Positions 37,725-47,997 are shown, counted from the first letter of the stretch. The stretch: DNA of 64,000 nt from Salibacteraceae bacterium (GCA_965661625.1 CBFIEM010000011.1:26148-90147); one strand, 5' to 3'. A program made the numbers and translations. Notes: generated by a model not told the origin, from the sequence alone.

Positions 37725-39029
37725 ATGATACAGAATATAGACGATGAATTGAAGGCCCTTCTTGTCCCTAGATTGCAGGATAAGACTTTTAAGTCACCTG
37801 AACCAGGAACTGATTACATACCCGTAACAGGTAAGGTAATTGATGAAGATGATTTGTTATTTGGGATAGACGCTGTAATGGATGGGTGGCTGACTACAGG
37901 AAGGTATGGTCCTAAGTTTGAGCGCGCTTTTGCCGATTACTTTGGTTCTCCTTACTCGCTGCTTGTTAACAGCGGGTCTTCAGCAAATCTTGTTGCCTTC
38001 AGTGCACTTACATCTCCAAAACTTGGAGAACGCCAAATCAAACCTGGAGATGAAGTAATTACAGTTGCTGCAGGTTTTCCCACTACCGTTAATCCAATGA
38101 TTCAATACGGTTGTGTACCCGTATTTTTAGATGTAACAATTCCAACATACAACATAGACACAACACGACTAGAGGAAGCTGTAACATCAAAAACTAAAGC
38201 CATCATGATCGCCCATACGTTGGGTAACCCCTTCAATTTAGATGTTGTTATGGATGTCGCAAAACGCTATAACCTTTGGGTTATCGAAGACGATTGTGAT
38301 TCATTGGGAGCAACATACAGGGGACAAAAAACCGGGACATTCGGCGATGCCTCAACCGTAAGCTTCTATCCTGCCCACCATATCACTATGGGTGAAGGAG
38401 GAGCTGTGATTATTAATAATCCCTTTTTAAAGAAGCCTGCAGAATCGTTTAGAGATTGGGGAAGAGATTGTTATTGCGAACCTGGCAAAGACAACACGTG
38501 TAATCGTCGCTTCAAATGGCAGCTCGGAGAGCTTCCCAAAGGTTATGACCACAAGTACACCTATTCCCATGTAGGCTACAACCTCAAGGTTACTGATATG
38601 CAGGCTGCAATTGGTTTGAGTCAATTAAAAAAAGCAGATCTCTTTGTGCAACGAAGAAGAGAAAATTTTCAACTGCTGATGGATCGAATGAAGCAATTTG
38701 AATCTCACTTCATTCTTCCTGAGGCTACTGAGCAGTCAGATCCTTCATGGTTTGGCTTCATGTTAACAATCAAAGACGACTCCCCTATTGATCGAAAATC
38801 ATTGCAACAGCATTTGGAGGAAAATAAAATTGGTACGCGGTTGCTGTTTGCTGGAAACTTACTTCGACAGCCGGCTTACACCAATATCAATAAGCGCGTT
38901 ATTGGAGACTTAGCTAATGCTGATAAGATAATGAATCAAGGCTTTTGGTTAGGTGTATGGCCTGGATTAGAGGAGAATCATTACGACTATATCGCTGATG
39001 TAATTAAAGCTTATATAGCCAAAGTTTAA
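37725..39029 (+). CDS. rfbH: CDP-4-keto-6-deoxy-D-glucose 3-dehydrase (E1 type, RfbH/DdhC/AscC-like)
   Basis: DegT-family fold with '[12 protein letters not shown]' (His where aminotransferases have Lys). Cys pattern C-X57-C-X1-C-X7-C ('DDCDS...[13 protein letters not shown]'), counted by hand. Confidence 0.85.
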   Translation: MIQNIDDELKALLVPRLQDKTFKSPEPGTDYIPVTGKVIDEDDLLFGIDAVMDGWLTTGRYGPKFERAFADYFGSPYSLLVNSGSSANLVAFSALTSPKLGERQIKPGDEVITVAAGFPTTVNPMIQYGCVPVFLDVTIPTYNIDTTRLEEAVTSKTKAIMIAHTLGNPFNLDVVMDVAKRYNLWVIEDDCDSLGATYRGQKTGTFGDASTVSFYPAHHITMGEGGAVIINNPFLKKPAESFRDWGRDCYCEPGKDNTCNRRFKWQLGELPKGYDHKYTYSHVGYNLKVTDMQAAIGLSQLKKADLFVQRRRENFQLLMDRMKQFESHFILPEATEQSDPSWFGFMLTIKDDSPIDRKSLQQHLEENKIGTRLLFAGNLLRQPAYTNINKRVIGDLANADKIMNQGFWLGVWPGLEENHYDYIADVIKAYIAKV

Positions 39030-39457
39030 GACTCAGTTTTTAATAAAAAGCTCACCGCACTCGTGTAGCCATCTAAGCCAAGACCGGTTATTACAGCTTT
39101 TGCTAACGGCGAAATGAATGAGTGGTGCCTGAATGCTTCACGTGAGAAAATATTGGTAATATGTACTTCTATTACAGGTATTTTCAGCAATTGCACCGCA
39201 TCGGCAATAGCAATAGATGTGTGCGTGTATGCTCCTAGGTTTAACACCACCCCATTTAATGCTTCGTCCGCTGAGAGTTCTTGGATACAATCAACCAAAG
39301 CGCCCTCGCTATTGCTTTGAAAATAAGTTAGGTTCACTTCAGGAAAAGCTGAACGCAACTCTTCAAGGTAATCTTCGAAATTCCTATCGCCGTAATGGAC
39401 CACTTCACGTTTTCCTAGCATATTCAGATTAGGTCCATTGATAATTGCTACTTTCAT
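39026..39457 (-). CDS. aroQ: type II 3-dehydroquinate dehydratase
   Basis: '[18 protein letters not shown]', 'HTSIAIADA' and 'IEVHITNI'. An alternative upstream ATG at 39481 is possible. Confidence 0.9.
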   Translation of the reverse strand: MKVAIINGPNLNMLGKREVVHYGDRNFEDYLEELRSAFPEVNLTYFQSNSEGALVDCIQELSADEALNGVVLNLGAYTHTSIAIADAVQLLKIPVIEVHITNIFSREAFRHHSFISPLAKAVITGLGLDGYTSAVSFLLKTES

Positions 39458-39490
39458 AAAATCAAAGTTAACTGAATCCATCGTAACTCC

Positions 39491-40384
39491 ATGCCAACAG
39501 GTGCAAAACAGCTAATTAAGTCATTTCAACACTACTTGCTTATTGAGCAATCTTTAAGCAAAAATACGGCTGTTAATTATGCGCGAGATATTGAGAAGCT
39601 AGCCCTATTCGTTATACCTAAATCATTATTAAAACTGGAAGAACACGATCTAAGACTTTTCATTCAAAGTTTGAATGAAGTTGGATTGAGCGCTACAACC
39701 CAAAATCGAATTACATCTGGCGTTCGTTCATTTTATCAGTTTTTAAAACTGGAGGAGCTCGTAGAAAAAGACCCCAGTGAATTACTTGAATCTGCTAAAA
39801 CACGTAGAAAGATACCCGAAACACTCTCAAACCAGGAAATTGAGCAATTGATTGAACAAATCGACTTAAGTACCGAACAAGGGGAACGAAATAAAGCGAT
39901 CATCGAAGTACTTTACGGCTGTGGGCTAAGGGTTAGTGAATGCACGTCCTTGAAGTTGACAGATATATTCTTTGATGACGAGTTTATCCGCGTTATTGGA
40001 AAAGGAGATAAACAGCGGCTCGTGCCAATAGGTAATCCTGCCAAACATCAAATTGCTCGGTATGTTAATGAAGTCCGTGTACACCAAGTCATCAAACCAG
40101 ATAGCAGGGATATTCTATTTTTAAACCGAAGAGGTTCAGGTCTCTCTCGGGTTATGGTATTCAACATTATTAAAGATTTGGTTATTAAAGCTGGCATAAA
40201 AAAGCAAATTAGCCCACATACCTTGCGGCACTCATTTGCTTCTGAACTCGTCAATCGAGGAGCTGACTTAAGAGCCGTTCAAGCTATGTTGGGTCATGAG
40301 TCAATTACCACTACTGAGATTTATACCCATGTAAACAATGCCGAGTTAAGGGATGCAATCATTCAATACCACCCACGCTCCTAG
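39491..40384 (+). CDS. xerD: tyrosine site-specific recombinase XerD
   Basis: 'GLRVSE', 'HTLRHSFASELVNRGADLRAVQAMLGHESITTTEIYTH' (R-H-R-Y catalytic set). 297 aa. Divergent from aroQ. Confidence 0.8.
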   Translation: MPTGAKQLIKSFQHYLLIEQSLSKNTAVNYARDIEKLALFVIPKSLLKLEEHDLRLFIQSLNEVGLSATTQNRITSGVRSFYQFLKLEELVEKDPSELLESAKTRRKIPETLSNQEIEQLIEQIDLSTEQGERNKAIIEVLYGCGLRVSECTSLKLTDIFFDDEFIRVIGKGDKQRLVPIGNPAKHQIARYVNEVRVHQVIKPDSRDILFLNRRGSGLSRVMVFNIIKDLVIKAGIKKQISPHTLRHSFASELVNRGADLRAVQAMLGHESITTTEIYTHVNNAELRDAIIQYHPRS

Positions 40385-40519
40385 ACAACCTGCTTTTGAA
40401 TGCACGTGTTGAAAACCAGCCCTGTTAAAGCACAAAGGAGGCAATTTTTATATTACTTTTGACAATCTACAACCTTTCCTGAATAGCCCCGTTATATTGA
40501 AGTTTAGTCATTTTTGGGT

Positions 40520-43096
40520 ATGACGTATAGTATATTTGATTACATCAATGGAAAGGATATTAAATCATTTCCTATTGAAGATCATCGCTTGAGAAGTCTT
40601 CTGATCCTAAACTTAGGGTCATTTTTTCTCTTGGGTATGAGTCTCTTCTTTGCGCTTGGCTTTATCTATTTCAATATTAAATCGCTAGCAGCATTTAACA
40701 TTATTCAAGCCTTCTCTGCCTTGAGTATCTTGTTCTTTGCAAGGAAATTTTATGAAGTTCTCTTCAAGATTCTGTTTGTACTTGTTTTAAATTTCCAAAT
40801 CGTTCTCTACTCAAGTATTTTAGGTCCTGAGTCGATGATTCAGACCTTTTTGATTTTATCAATCGGTTGGATTTACTTGATTTTTGAAGGAGAACACAGG
40901 CTATTTAGGATTTTCGGTTTTGCAATGAGCATTTTTAGTTTTGTTGCTCTAGAGACCTTGGACTATCGCCTCTTTAAACCCATCGACTTCTCTCCGAATT
41001 TTTATGATCTGATCAAATGGAGTATCCTGTTAAGCTCTCTCATATTCAATTGGTTAATCATTAGAGCCTTTTACCGTAACAAAGAAAGTTATGAGCACCG
41101 AACAAAAACGCTCATACAGCGCTATGAGGTTTTAAACCAAGAACTTATAGAGCGTGAAGAGCGTATCCAAAAACAAGCGAATGCATACAAGCTTTTATCT
41201 GATAATTCAGGAGATATCATTGGACTTCATGATCGCTCCTTTGTCTTTTCATTCATCTCTCCCTCAATAAAGCATCAATTGGGGATGGAAGAATCGGCAT
41301 TTCTAGAAATGGACTTCCTTGATTTGGTGCATCCGAAGTTCAGAAAGAAGCTCAATCGCGACGCTTATTTCTCGGACTTAAAGCACAATGACTCTGCCCT
41401 TGTTCAACTTCAATTGAAACATGCTGATGGAACCTTTCATTGGTTCGAGCTTTTAGCTCAACTAAGGAATGACCCCGATGAAATGGAAAAAGACACCATT
41501 CAGGTCACTTTTCGCAACATTAATGAACAAAAAAGACTTGAATCTATTCTTCAAGATGCCCAGAAGATGGCTAAACTTGGAGGCTGGGAATATGATGTAC
41601 ATAATCAAGCCTTTTACTGGACAGACCAAGTTCGAGCTATCCATGAAGTAAGTGATTCTTGGGTTCCTAATTTAGAAAATGAAATAACTTTTTTTGAAGC
41701 TGAACAGCGACCAAAAATCAGAAAGGCATTTGAAGATGCTTCAAGAGTAGGAAAGAGCTTCGATGTTGAAGTTCCGTTTATAACAGGAAATGGTAAACGA
41801 AAATTTGTTCGTTACCTCGGCAAGCCGATTAATGCTCAGGGAAAAGTAACACGTGTTTTAGGTTTAATACAAGACATTACTGATAGGAAGGAAACTGAAA
41901 TAGAAATCATTAATTCTAAAGAACGAGCAGAAGCTGCGACACGAGCAAAGTCAGACTTCCTGTCCATTATGAGTCATGAAATTCGAACGCCAATGAATGC
42001 CGTTATTGGCTTTACGCACTTACTTCTCCAAGAAAATCCTGCGCCAAGTCAAATTGAGAACTTGAAAGCTCTTCGTTTTTCAGCAAACCATTTACTCGCC
42101 TTAATTTATGATATTCTAGACTTCTCTAAGATTGAATCTGGTAAAATTGAATTTGACCAAGTGGAGTTTAACCTTAATGAAACCCTGAATGGCATCTATC
42201 ACGCTTTAAATGTGAAAGCAGAAGAGAAAGACGTGAAACTCATTCTAGAAAAAGACACGAATATCGACCACCGCATTATTGGTGATGAAGTAAGACTTAA
42301 TCAAGTGCTAATAAATATCATTGGCAACGCAATCGAATTTACCGAAAATGGTAATGTGACCATAAGCAGTTCATTGAAGCACAGTCCGAATCCAAATTCA
42401 GACCAGATTCAAATTCATTTTTCAGTAAAGGATACGGGCGTTGGAATTGATGAACGTCAAATTAGAAGTGTTTTTGATCAATTTTCACAAGAAAGTACTG
42501 CTACAACACGAAAATTTGGAGGAACAGGTCTAGGGTTAGCAATATGTAAAAACCTAGTTGAGCTTCAGGGTGGAGAGATTTGGGTTGAAAGTGAAAAAGG
42601 CATTGGATCTACTTTTCACTTTGTGCTTCCATTTCAAAAAGGAAAACTCACCAAAGCGACCCGTGATTTTGAAAAAGAGAATTCTGACGTAGAGATTGAC
42701 CTGACTGGACTCAAAGTACTTTTGGTAGAAGACAATCCAGTAAATCAACTCATCGCCAAAAAGTTCTTGAGTCAGTGGCAACTCGAAATAACCGTTGCTG
42801 AAGATGGACTTAAAGCCTTATCTGCTGTTAAAAAAGAAGCTTTTGATATTATCCTAATGGATCTTCAAATGCCCGAAATGGATGGCTATGAAGCAAGTAT
42901 CAAAATTAGAAAACTCCCTACTGAACACGCAAAAAAGGTTCCAATTATAGCTCTCTCTGCAGCAGCATTCATTGAGGTAAGAGAGGATGTGAAGTCTGCT
43001 GGTATGGACGACTACTTAAGTAAGCCTTTTAATCCAGATGAGCTATTTGCAAAAATAATGCGTTACACTAAATCAAGGGAGAATGCTTCAAAATAA
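40520..43096 (+). CDS. hybrid sensor histidine kinase/response regulator (membrane module, PAS x2, HisKA, HATPase, REC), intact
   Basis: N-terminal polytopic membrane region and PAS blocks ('FYWTDQVRAIHEV', 'IQDITDRK'). 'MSHEIRTPMNAVIG', 'GGTGLGL', receiver 'VLLVEDNPVNQ...ILMDLQMPEMDG'. Confidence 0.9.
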   Translation: MTYSIFDYINGKDIKSFPIEDHRLRSLLILNLGSFFLLGMSLFFALGFIYFNIKSLAAFNIIQAFSALSILFFARKFYEVLFKILFVLVLNFQIVLYSSILGPESMIQTFLILSIGWIYLIFEGEHRLFRIFGFAMSIFSFVALETLDYRLFKPIDFSPNFYDLIKWSILLSSLIFNWLIIRAFYRNKESYEHRTKTLIQRYEVLNQELIEREERIQKQANAYKLLSDNSGDIIGLHDRSFVFSFISPSIKHQLGMEESAFLEMDFLDLVHPKFRKKLNRDAYFSDLKHNDSALVQLQLKHADGTFHWFELLAQLRNDPDEMEKDTIQVTFRNINEQKRLESILQDAQKMAKLGGWEYDVHNQAFYWTDQVRAIHEVSDSWVPNLENEITFFEAEQRPKIRKAFEDASRVGKSFDVEVPFITGNGKRKFVRYLGKPINAQGKVTRVLGLIQDITDRKETEIEIINSKERAEAATRAKSDFLSIMSHEIRTPMNAVIGFTHLLLQENPAPSQIENLKALRFSANHLLALIYDILDFSKIESGKIEFDQVEFNLNETLNGIYHALNVKAEEKDVKLILEKDTNIDHRIIGDEVRLNQVLINIIGNAIEFTENGNVTISSSLKHSPNPNSDQIQIHFSVKDTGVGIDERQIRSVFDQFSQESTATTRKFGGTGLGLAICKNLVELQGGEIWVESEKGIGSTFHFVLPFQKGKLTKATRDFEKENSDVEIDLTGLKVLLVEDNPVNQLIAKKFLSQWQLEITVAEDGLKALSAVKKEAFDIILMDLQMPEMDGYEASIKIRKLPTEHAKKVPIIALSAAAFIEVREDVKSAGMDDYLSKPFNPDELFAKIMRYTKSRENASK

Positions 43097-44495
43097 GCTG
43101 AGCCTAATTATAACGGCACTTTTATACCTTATTATTAACTCAACTTTCGGTCAAAACCCTACGCCGTCTGACAGCGTTTTTATTCATAAGCTCTATGAAT
43201 ATGGGATGTCCAACGGAAAGGCTTATAACTACTTGGATACACTTTGTAATCAAATTGGCCCTCGCTTAAGTGGATCGACAAATGCTCAAGAAGCTGTGAG
43301 TTTTACAGCTAAAGTACTGCAAGACCTGAACCTCGACACTTCATTTCAATCGGTTATTGTACCTCATTGGGAAAGAGGCGCAACTGAAGTTGCCTTTTGG
43401 AGAAATAAGCAAGACTCGGGAGAATTGAGTATATGTGCCCTTGGTGGAAGTATATCAACTCCCATTGCAGGGATTCAAGGTAATATCATTGAAGTTCAGA
43501 ATTTCACTGACTTAAAAAAGTTAGGGCATGATCAAATAAAGGGTAAAATTGTGTTCTACAATCGCCCAATGAATCCTGCTCAGATCTATACATTTGCAGC
43601 TTATTCTGGAAGCGTAGATCAGCGTTGGGCTGGAGCCATGCGCGCCGCAGAATATGGAGCTACTGGAGTAATTGTGAGAAGTATGACCCTCGCTCTCGAT
43701 GACCATCCGCACACGGGCTCAATGGGCTATAGCGATACCATTCCTAAAATTCCAGCTGTAGCTGTTTCAACCAAGGATGCAGAGTTGTTACATCAGTTGT
43801 TAGCAGAACACCAAAATCAATTAGAAATTGGTTTTAAGCTCTACTGTGAAACACTTCCTGATACCCAATCATATAATGTTCTGGGCACATGGCAAGGAAA
43901 AGAATCTACAAAGGTTATAGCCATTGGTGGACATTTAGATTCTTGGGATACGGGCGATGGTGCCCATGACGATGGTGCCGGTTGTGTTCAGAGTATAGAG
44001 GCATTACGATTATTGAAGCAACTAAATTACATCCCCAAGCATACTTTACGAGCTGTAATGTTCATGAATGAAGAAAATGGCCTACGTGGTGGCAAGACTT
44101 ATGCCCGCATTGCCAGCGCGGCTAGAGAGGACCACGTTGCAGCCATTGAATCTGATCGCGGAGGGTTTTCACCAAGGGGCTTCCATTTTGAAGCAACAAC
44201 TGAACAGATGAAATATATTGGTAAATGGGCATCACTTTTTGATCAAGTAGGACTTCACGTATTGAAAAAAGGCGGTTCCGGTGCAGATATTGGTCCATTG
44301 AGGGAAAATGGGTATCAAAAACTAATATTAGCTGGATTAGTGCCTGATTCACAACGCTACTTTGATTTTCATCATGCTGAAACTGACGTTTTAAGTGCTG
44401 TTAACGAAAGGGAGTTGCAAAGTGGAGCCATTGCAATGGCGGTACTTATATACATGCTTGATCAGCATTTGGAGGACTTTCCAACTAATGAATAA
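43083..44495 (+). CDS. M28 family metallopeptidase with PA domain, secreted
   Basis: Signal peptide. 'GGHLDSWDTGDGAHDDGAG' and 'MFMNEENGLRG' are zinc-ligand motifs. 14-nt overlap with the kinase 3' end. Confidence 0.8.
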   Translation: MLQNKLSLIITALLYLIINSTFGQNPTPSDSVFIHKLYEYGMSNGKAYNYLDTLCNQIGPRLSGSTNAQEAVSFTAKVLQDLNLDTSFQSVIVPHWERGATEVAFWRNKQDSGELSICALGGSISTPIAGIQGNIIEVQNFTDLKKLGHDQIKGKIVFYNRPMNPAQIYTFAAYSGSVDQRWAGAMRAAEYGATGVIVRSMTLALDDHPHTGSMGYSDTIPKIPAVAVSTKDAELLHQLLAEHQNQLEIGFKLYCETLPDTQSYNVLGTWQGKESTKVIAIGGHLDSWDTGDGAHDDGAGCVQSIEALRLLKQLNYIPKHTLRAVMFMNEENGLRGGKTYARIASAAREDHVAAIESDRGGFSPRGFHFEATTEQMKYIGKWASLFDQVGLHVLKKGGSGADIGPLRENGYQKLILAGLVPDSQRYFDFHHAETDVLSAVNERELQSGAIAMAVLIYMLDQHLEDFPTNE

Positions 44496-44967
44496 ATGCC
44501 TCTACATATTACGTCACGCAAAATCGGATTGGTCCAATGACTGTTCTGATTTTAATCGTCCTATTAACAAGCGAGGTCATGATGCCGCTGATCGTATGTC
44601 CAAGTTTATGGTGGAAAAATTCATTACTCCAGAGGTTATATATGCCAGTAGCAGTGTTCGTACTTCTGAAACAGCAGCTTATTTTCAGAATCAATTCAAT
44701 GTAGCAGTCACATCAGATCAAGGACTTTATTTGGCGAGTGCGAATCGAATAGATACCCTTGTGAAATCTTTCTCCGATCGTTTAAACTATGCAATGATTA
44801 TTGCACACAATCCTGGTATTCATGATTTTGTAGAGCAATTGGGCAATACGAATTTAGAAAAATACCCTACCTGCACCCTCTCTGTATTAGAAACTGATTC
44901 AGACTCATGGAGTCAAGCAAGTCATTTTACTCTAAAGGAATTCATATCTCCAAAAGTTATCCCCTAA
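44488..44967 (+). CDS. sixA: SixA-like phosphohistidine phosphatase (histidine phosphatase superfamily)
   Basis: 'LYILRHAKSDW' (RHA catalytic motif) and 'IIAHNPG'. About 159 aa from ATG 44488. 8-nt overlap with the M28 gene end. Confidence 0.7.
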   Translation: MNKCLYILRHAKSDWSNDCSDFNRPINKRGHDAADRMSKFMVEKFITPEVIYASSSVRTSETAAYFQNQFNVAVTSDQGLYLASANRIDTLVKSFSDRLNYAMIIAHNPGIHDFVEQLGNTNLEKYPTCTLSVLETDSDSWSQASHFTLKEFISPKVIP

Positions 44968-46471
44968 GTGGGACGTAATGCTTTGCCAACTCTTCTTGAA
45001 ATTTTTCCGGATCTATTGGTTTTGTAAGGTACCCATTCATCCCAAATTCAAATACTTTATCCCTAGTTTCTTTAAATGCGTCAGCGGTTAAAGCAATTAT
45101 AGGCACCTGCATAATATGCTCAACATCATGACTCCGTATGGCTTTTGTCGCCTCGAACCCATCCATTACAGGCATGTTTAAATCCATCAACACCAAGTCA
45201 ATGGCATCGTCTGATTCCAATACATCAAGCCCTAGTTTCCCATTGAGAGCCATAACAACTTGAATTTCCTCTCGCTCAAGAAACATAATAGCAATTTTCT
45301 GGTTTACAAGATTATCCTCAACCAGCAATTCCCGCATTCCTTTCAAGCTATCTGCTTGTAATTGGGCTTCTTCAAAGTCTTCAACAGGTTCAAATGGAAT
45401 TTCAATAGAAAAAGTGCTCCCCTCTCCTATTTTGCTTTCAATACTTATAGACCCACCGTGCAATTCAACAAGTGATTTTGTAATTGCTAAACCTAACCCT
45501 GTACCTCCAAATTCATTTAGAATTGATTTTTCGGCTTGAGAAAAGCTTTGGAAAATCATTGCTTGTCGATCTTTCGAAATTCCTATTCCTGTATCGGAAA
45601 TTTCAAATTTCAAGACTGCTGCACGCTTTAGCATTCCATCCAGTTTTACAGCAAGTGAAACTGATCCCTTTTCTGTGAATTTGATGGCATTTCCAACAAC
45701 ATTCGTTAAAATTTGGTTCAATATAACTTGATCACCTTTAAGGAATTGAGGAACATTTTCATCTATGTTAAAGCTGAAATCTAAATTCTTTTCGCTAGCC
45801 TTAATCTTGAAAATGCGGATGACATTGTCTACAATTTTATTCAATTCAAACTTACCCTCATCAAGTTCAATTGTCCCTGATTCAATCTTAGATAAATCTA
45901 GGATATCATTCACTAAATTCAACAAGTTGTTAGCAGACATTTTGAGCGTATTCAAATCTTCTAGTTGATCACTCCTTGGATCGCGATCAATCAAAAGGTG
46001 CGCATATCCAATAACTGCATTTAGCGGGGTTCTAATTTCGTGACTCATCGATGATAGGAACTGTTGTTTGGATTCCGCAAGTTCCTCTGCTCTGCGCTTA
46101 GCCTCTATCAACGTTTTTTCTACCTGTTTTCTTTCCGTCAAATCATGCCACACAGCAAGAAGGTAAGGCTCACCGTTTAATGTTATAGGCTTCAAGGCAA
46201 CATCCATAGGAATAATTTTACCCGAAGTTGATTGATGGCTCCATTCAAACCGATGCCCTCCCTCCTCTTCAGCAATTTTCTTCATTGCTTGTGACTTATC
46301 CAATGAAAGCCAATTATCACCCTGGTATTCAGGCGAAAATTCAGATGGTACTTTTCCCAACAAATCATCCTTAGAATTCACCTCCAATACTTCCAGGGTA
46401 GCTGAGTTACAATCTACAATACCATCGTCATTAAAAATTATATGCGGATCAGATGCAAATTCGAACAGCAT
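44957..46471 (-). CDS. hybrid sensor histidine kinase/response regulator, C-terminal part (downstream of in-frame TGA 46568-46570)
   Basis: PAS, 'MSHEIRTPLNAVIG', 'GGTGLGL' and receiver 'LLVEDNLVNQ...VLMDLNMPVMDG'. The frame is continuous for 32 sense codons upstream to the TGA. Confidence 0.85.
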   Translation of the reverse strand: MLFEFASDPHIIFNDDGIVDCNSATLEVLEVNSKDDLLGKVPSEFSPEYQGDNWLSLDKSQAMKKIAEEEGGHRFEWSHQSTSGKIIPMDVALKPITLNGEPYLLAVWHDLTERKQVEKTLIEAKRRAEELAESKQQFLSSMSHEIRTPLNAVIGYAHLLIDRDPRSDQLEDLNTLKMSANNLLNLVNDILDLSKIESGTIELDEGKFELNKIVDNVIRIFKIKASEKNLDFSFNIDENVPQFLKGDQVILNQILTNVVGNAIKFTEKGSVSLAVKLDGMLKRAAVLKFEISDTGIGISKDRQAMIFQSFSQAEKSILNEFGGTGLGLAITKSLVELHGGSISIESKIGEGSTFSIEIPFEPVEDFEEAQLQADSLKGMRELLVEDNLVNQKIAIMFLEREEIQVVMALNGKLGLDVLESDDAIDLVLMDLNMPVMDGFEATKAIRSHDVEHIMQVPIIALTADAFKETRDKVFEFGMNGYLTKPIDPEKFQEELAKHYVPLRG

Positions 46472-46567
46472 CCGGAATTTCTCCTCAGATCTAAAGCGTT
46501 CTGTAACATCTTTTGCGATACCAATAATACTGTTTACCCCATTTTCGTGATAAACCGCTTTCTCCTT

Positions 46568-47809
46568 TCACTCTAAAATAATAGCCTCACCATTCCTACG
46601 AATAACTTCAGTGTAGAAGGTTTCTGTTTTGCTTGTTCCTTGAAGAATCTTCTTGGTTGCTTCTCGAGCGAGGTCGTTTAATGGGTTTTCAGTTAATACT
46701 TTAAGTCTTCCGCCGAGCAATTCATCTGGTGCATATCCCAGCACCCTTGATACGTTTTCCGAAATGTAATCATAGGTAAAATCAACTCCATGACGGTAAG
46801 TAAAATCATCTGAATTTTCCAACAATAGCTGCTGTTGCCTTACTAATTCAGCAAGTTCCATTTTACTTTTGCTTAGCGCTCGTTCGCTTCTATTTGTTCT
46901 CCTAAAGCTATAAGCAAAAAGTACGGTCAAAATTGCCACGGATATCGCTGTAAATAGGAAAATCATTACGCCATTTGAAACTGCTCGATTTAAAATTGGA
47001 GCTGTGTCTTGAATTAATACTATACCGTAGTTAGCATCAAATAGGTTGATGGGGGTGTATGCAATAATAGCCTCTTTACTTCCGGTTGATTGCATAACCT
47101 CAGCCGTTAAGCTACCTCCCAAGTTCGCGGTCAATGCTTCACTTATTGCTAATGAGTCTTTCTGCTTAAAGTGTACATAATTTCCTATGACATGCTCATT
47201 TGTGCCACCCTTTAAGAGTGGTACTAATCCATACCCCTCTCGGTAGAGCAATGGAAACGACCCTTTCTGATCCAGGTATAAGTCCGCCATTTCTCTGAAA
47301 TATGCCGATACCTCAATAAACCCTACAAGTTCTATGTTATGATTTTCATAATTCCGCGACAATTCAACAATACTGTGAAATGGCGATTCAATTAATTTCG
47401 TGGACCTGTTTAGCTTTTGCTCAAAGTTAAAGTGGTAATAGTTATTATGGTCACGAGAGGCGGTTAACTGACTTCGGTTAAAACTAATGGAAACAGAATC
47501 CAACAATTCCAAATTGCTTCTCAGTACATGGCCAATTAAATTGCGATCTGCTGGGGTTACTTCATTCCGACTAAAAATACTATCAATTCCAATTATTTTC
47601 GGAAGAAGTGCCAAATCAGATAAAAGTTCAAATTGTTTCTGACTGACTTCAGCTTCAAATGATGAAACTCTAGCCTCTAAACTGAACTTCCCATCATCCA
47701 CTTCTCCATTAATCCAAACGTTAAAAAAGTAAACATTGAAAACCAAAATGAACAAAATGGCCGCTCCGCCTAAAAAATATATGGGATATAAACCTTTTAA
47801 ACGCATCAA
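46568..47809 (-). CDS. membrane sensor module (TM, about 250-aa extracytoplasmic domain, TM, PAS start), N-terminal part of the interrupted kinase
   Basis: TM segments 'LYPIYFLGGAAILFILVFNVYFF' and 'GVMIFLFTAISVAILTVLFAYSF', then a PAS domain truncated at 'GEAIILE'-TGA. Confidence 0.7.
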   Translation of the reverse strand: MMRLKGLYPIYFLGGAAILFILVFNVYFFNVWINGEVDDGKFSLEARVSSFEAEVSQKQFELLSDLALLPKIIGIDSIFSRNEVTPADRNLIGHVLRSNLELLDSVSISFNRSQLTASRDHNNYYHFNFEQKLNRSTKLIESPFHSIVELSRNYENHNIELVGFIEVSAYFREMADLYLDQKGSFPLLYREGYGLVPLLKGGTNEHVIGNYVHFKQKDSLAISEALTANLGGSLTAEVMQSTGSKEAIIAYTPINLFDANYGIVLIQDTAPILNRAVSNGVMIFLFTAISVAILTVLFAYSFRRTNRSERALSKSKMELAELVRQQQLLLENSDDFTYRHGVDFTYDYISENVSRVLGYAPDELLGGRLKVLTENPLNDLAREATKKILQGTSKTETFYTEVIRRNGEAIILE

Positions 47810-47985
47810 TCCAATTCCTTAAGTAACATTAAGTGCCACGTTGTATTCCTTATAGGTACATGAATAACTGCTACTTCCTTTTTACCAGTAGAATAAAAAG
47901 CCGTCTCATGTTTACCTTCAAGCATTTTAGCTGCCATCTGTCGAATACCTTTATTTTTAGAACGATAGAGATTGAAATCATCCAT
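47806..47985 (-). CDS. 59-codon ORF, probably the C-terminal end of the upstream Cache-like protein (below the track length cut-off)
   Basis: 'MDDFNLYRSKNKG...VAVIHVPIRNTTWHLMLLKELD'. In frame with ORF 47998-48825 across one TAA. Its TGA overlaps the next gene's ATG (TGATG). Confidence 0.5.
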   Translation of the reverse strand: MDDFNLYRSKNKGIRQMAAKMLEGKHETAFYSTGKKEVAVIHVPIRNTTWHLMLLKELD

Positions 47986-47997
47986 GAGTAAGCTATT

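Noticed and set aside
39491-40384. Tyrosine recombinase as the integrase of a genomic island, with tRNA-Ser as the attachment site
   Set aside because: The sequence has the XerD-type catalytic region and sits divergent to aroQ among housekeeping genes. The tRNA is about 9 kb away. I found no direct repeat of the tRNA 3' end and no phage or transfer genes.
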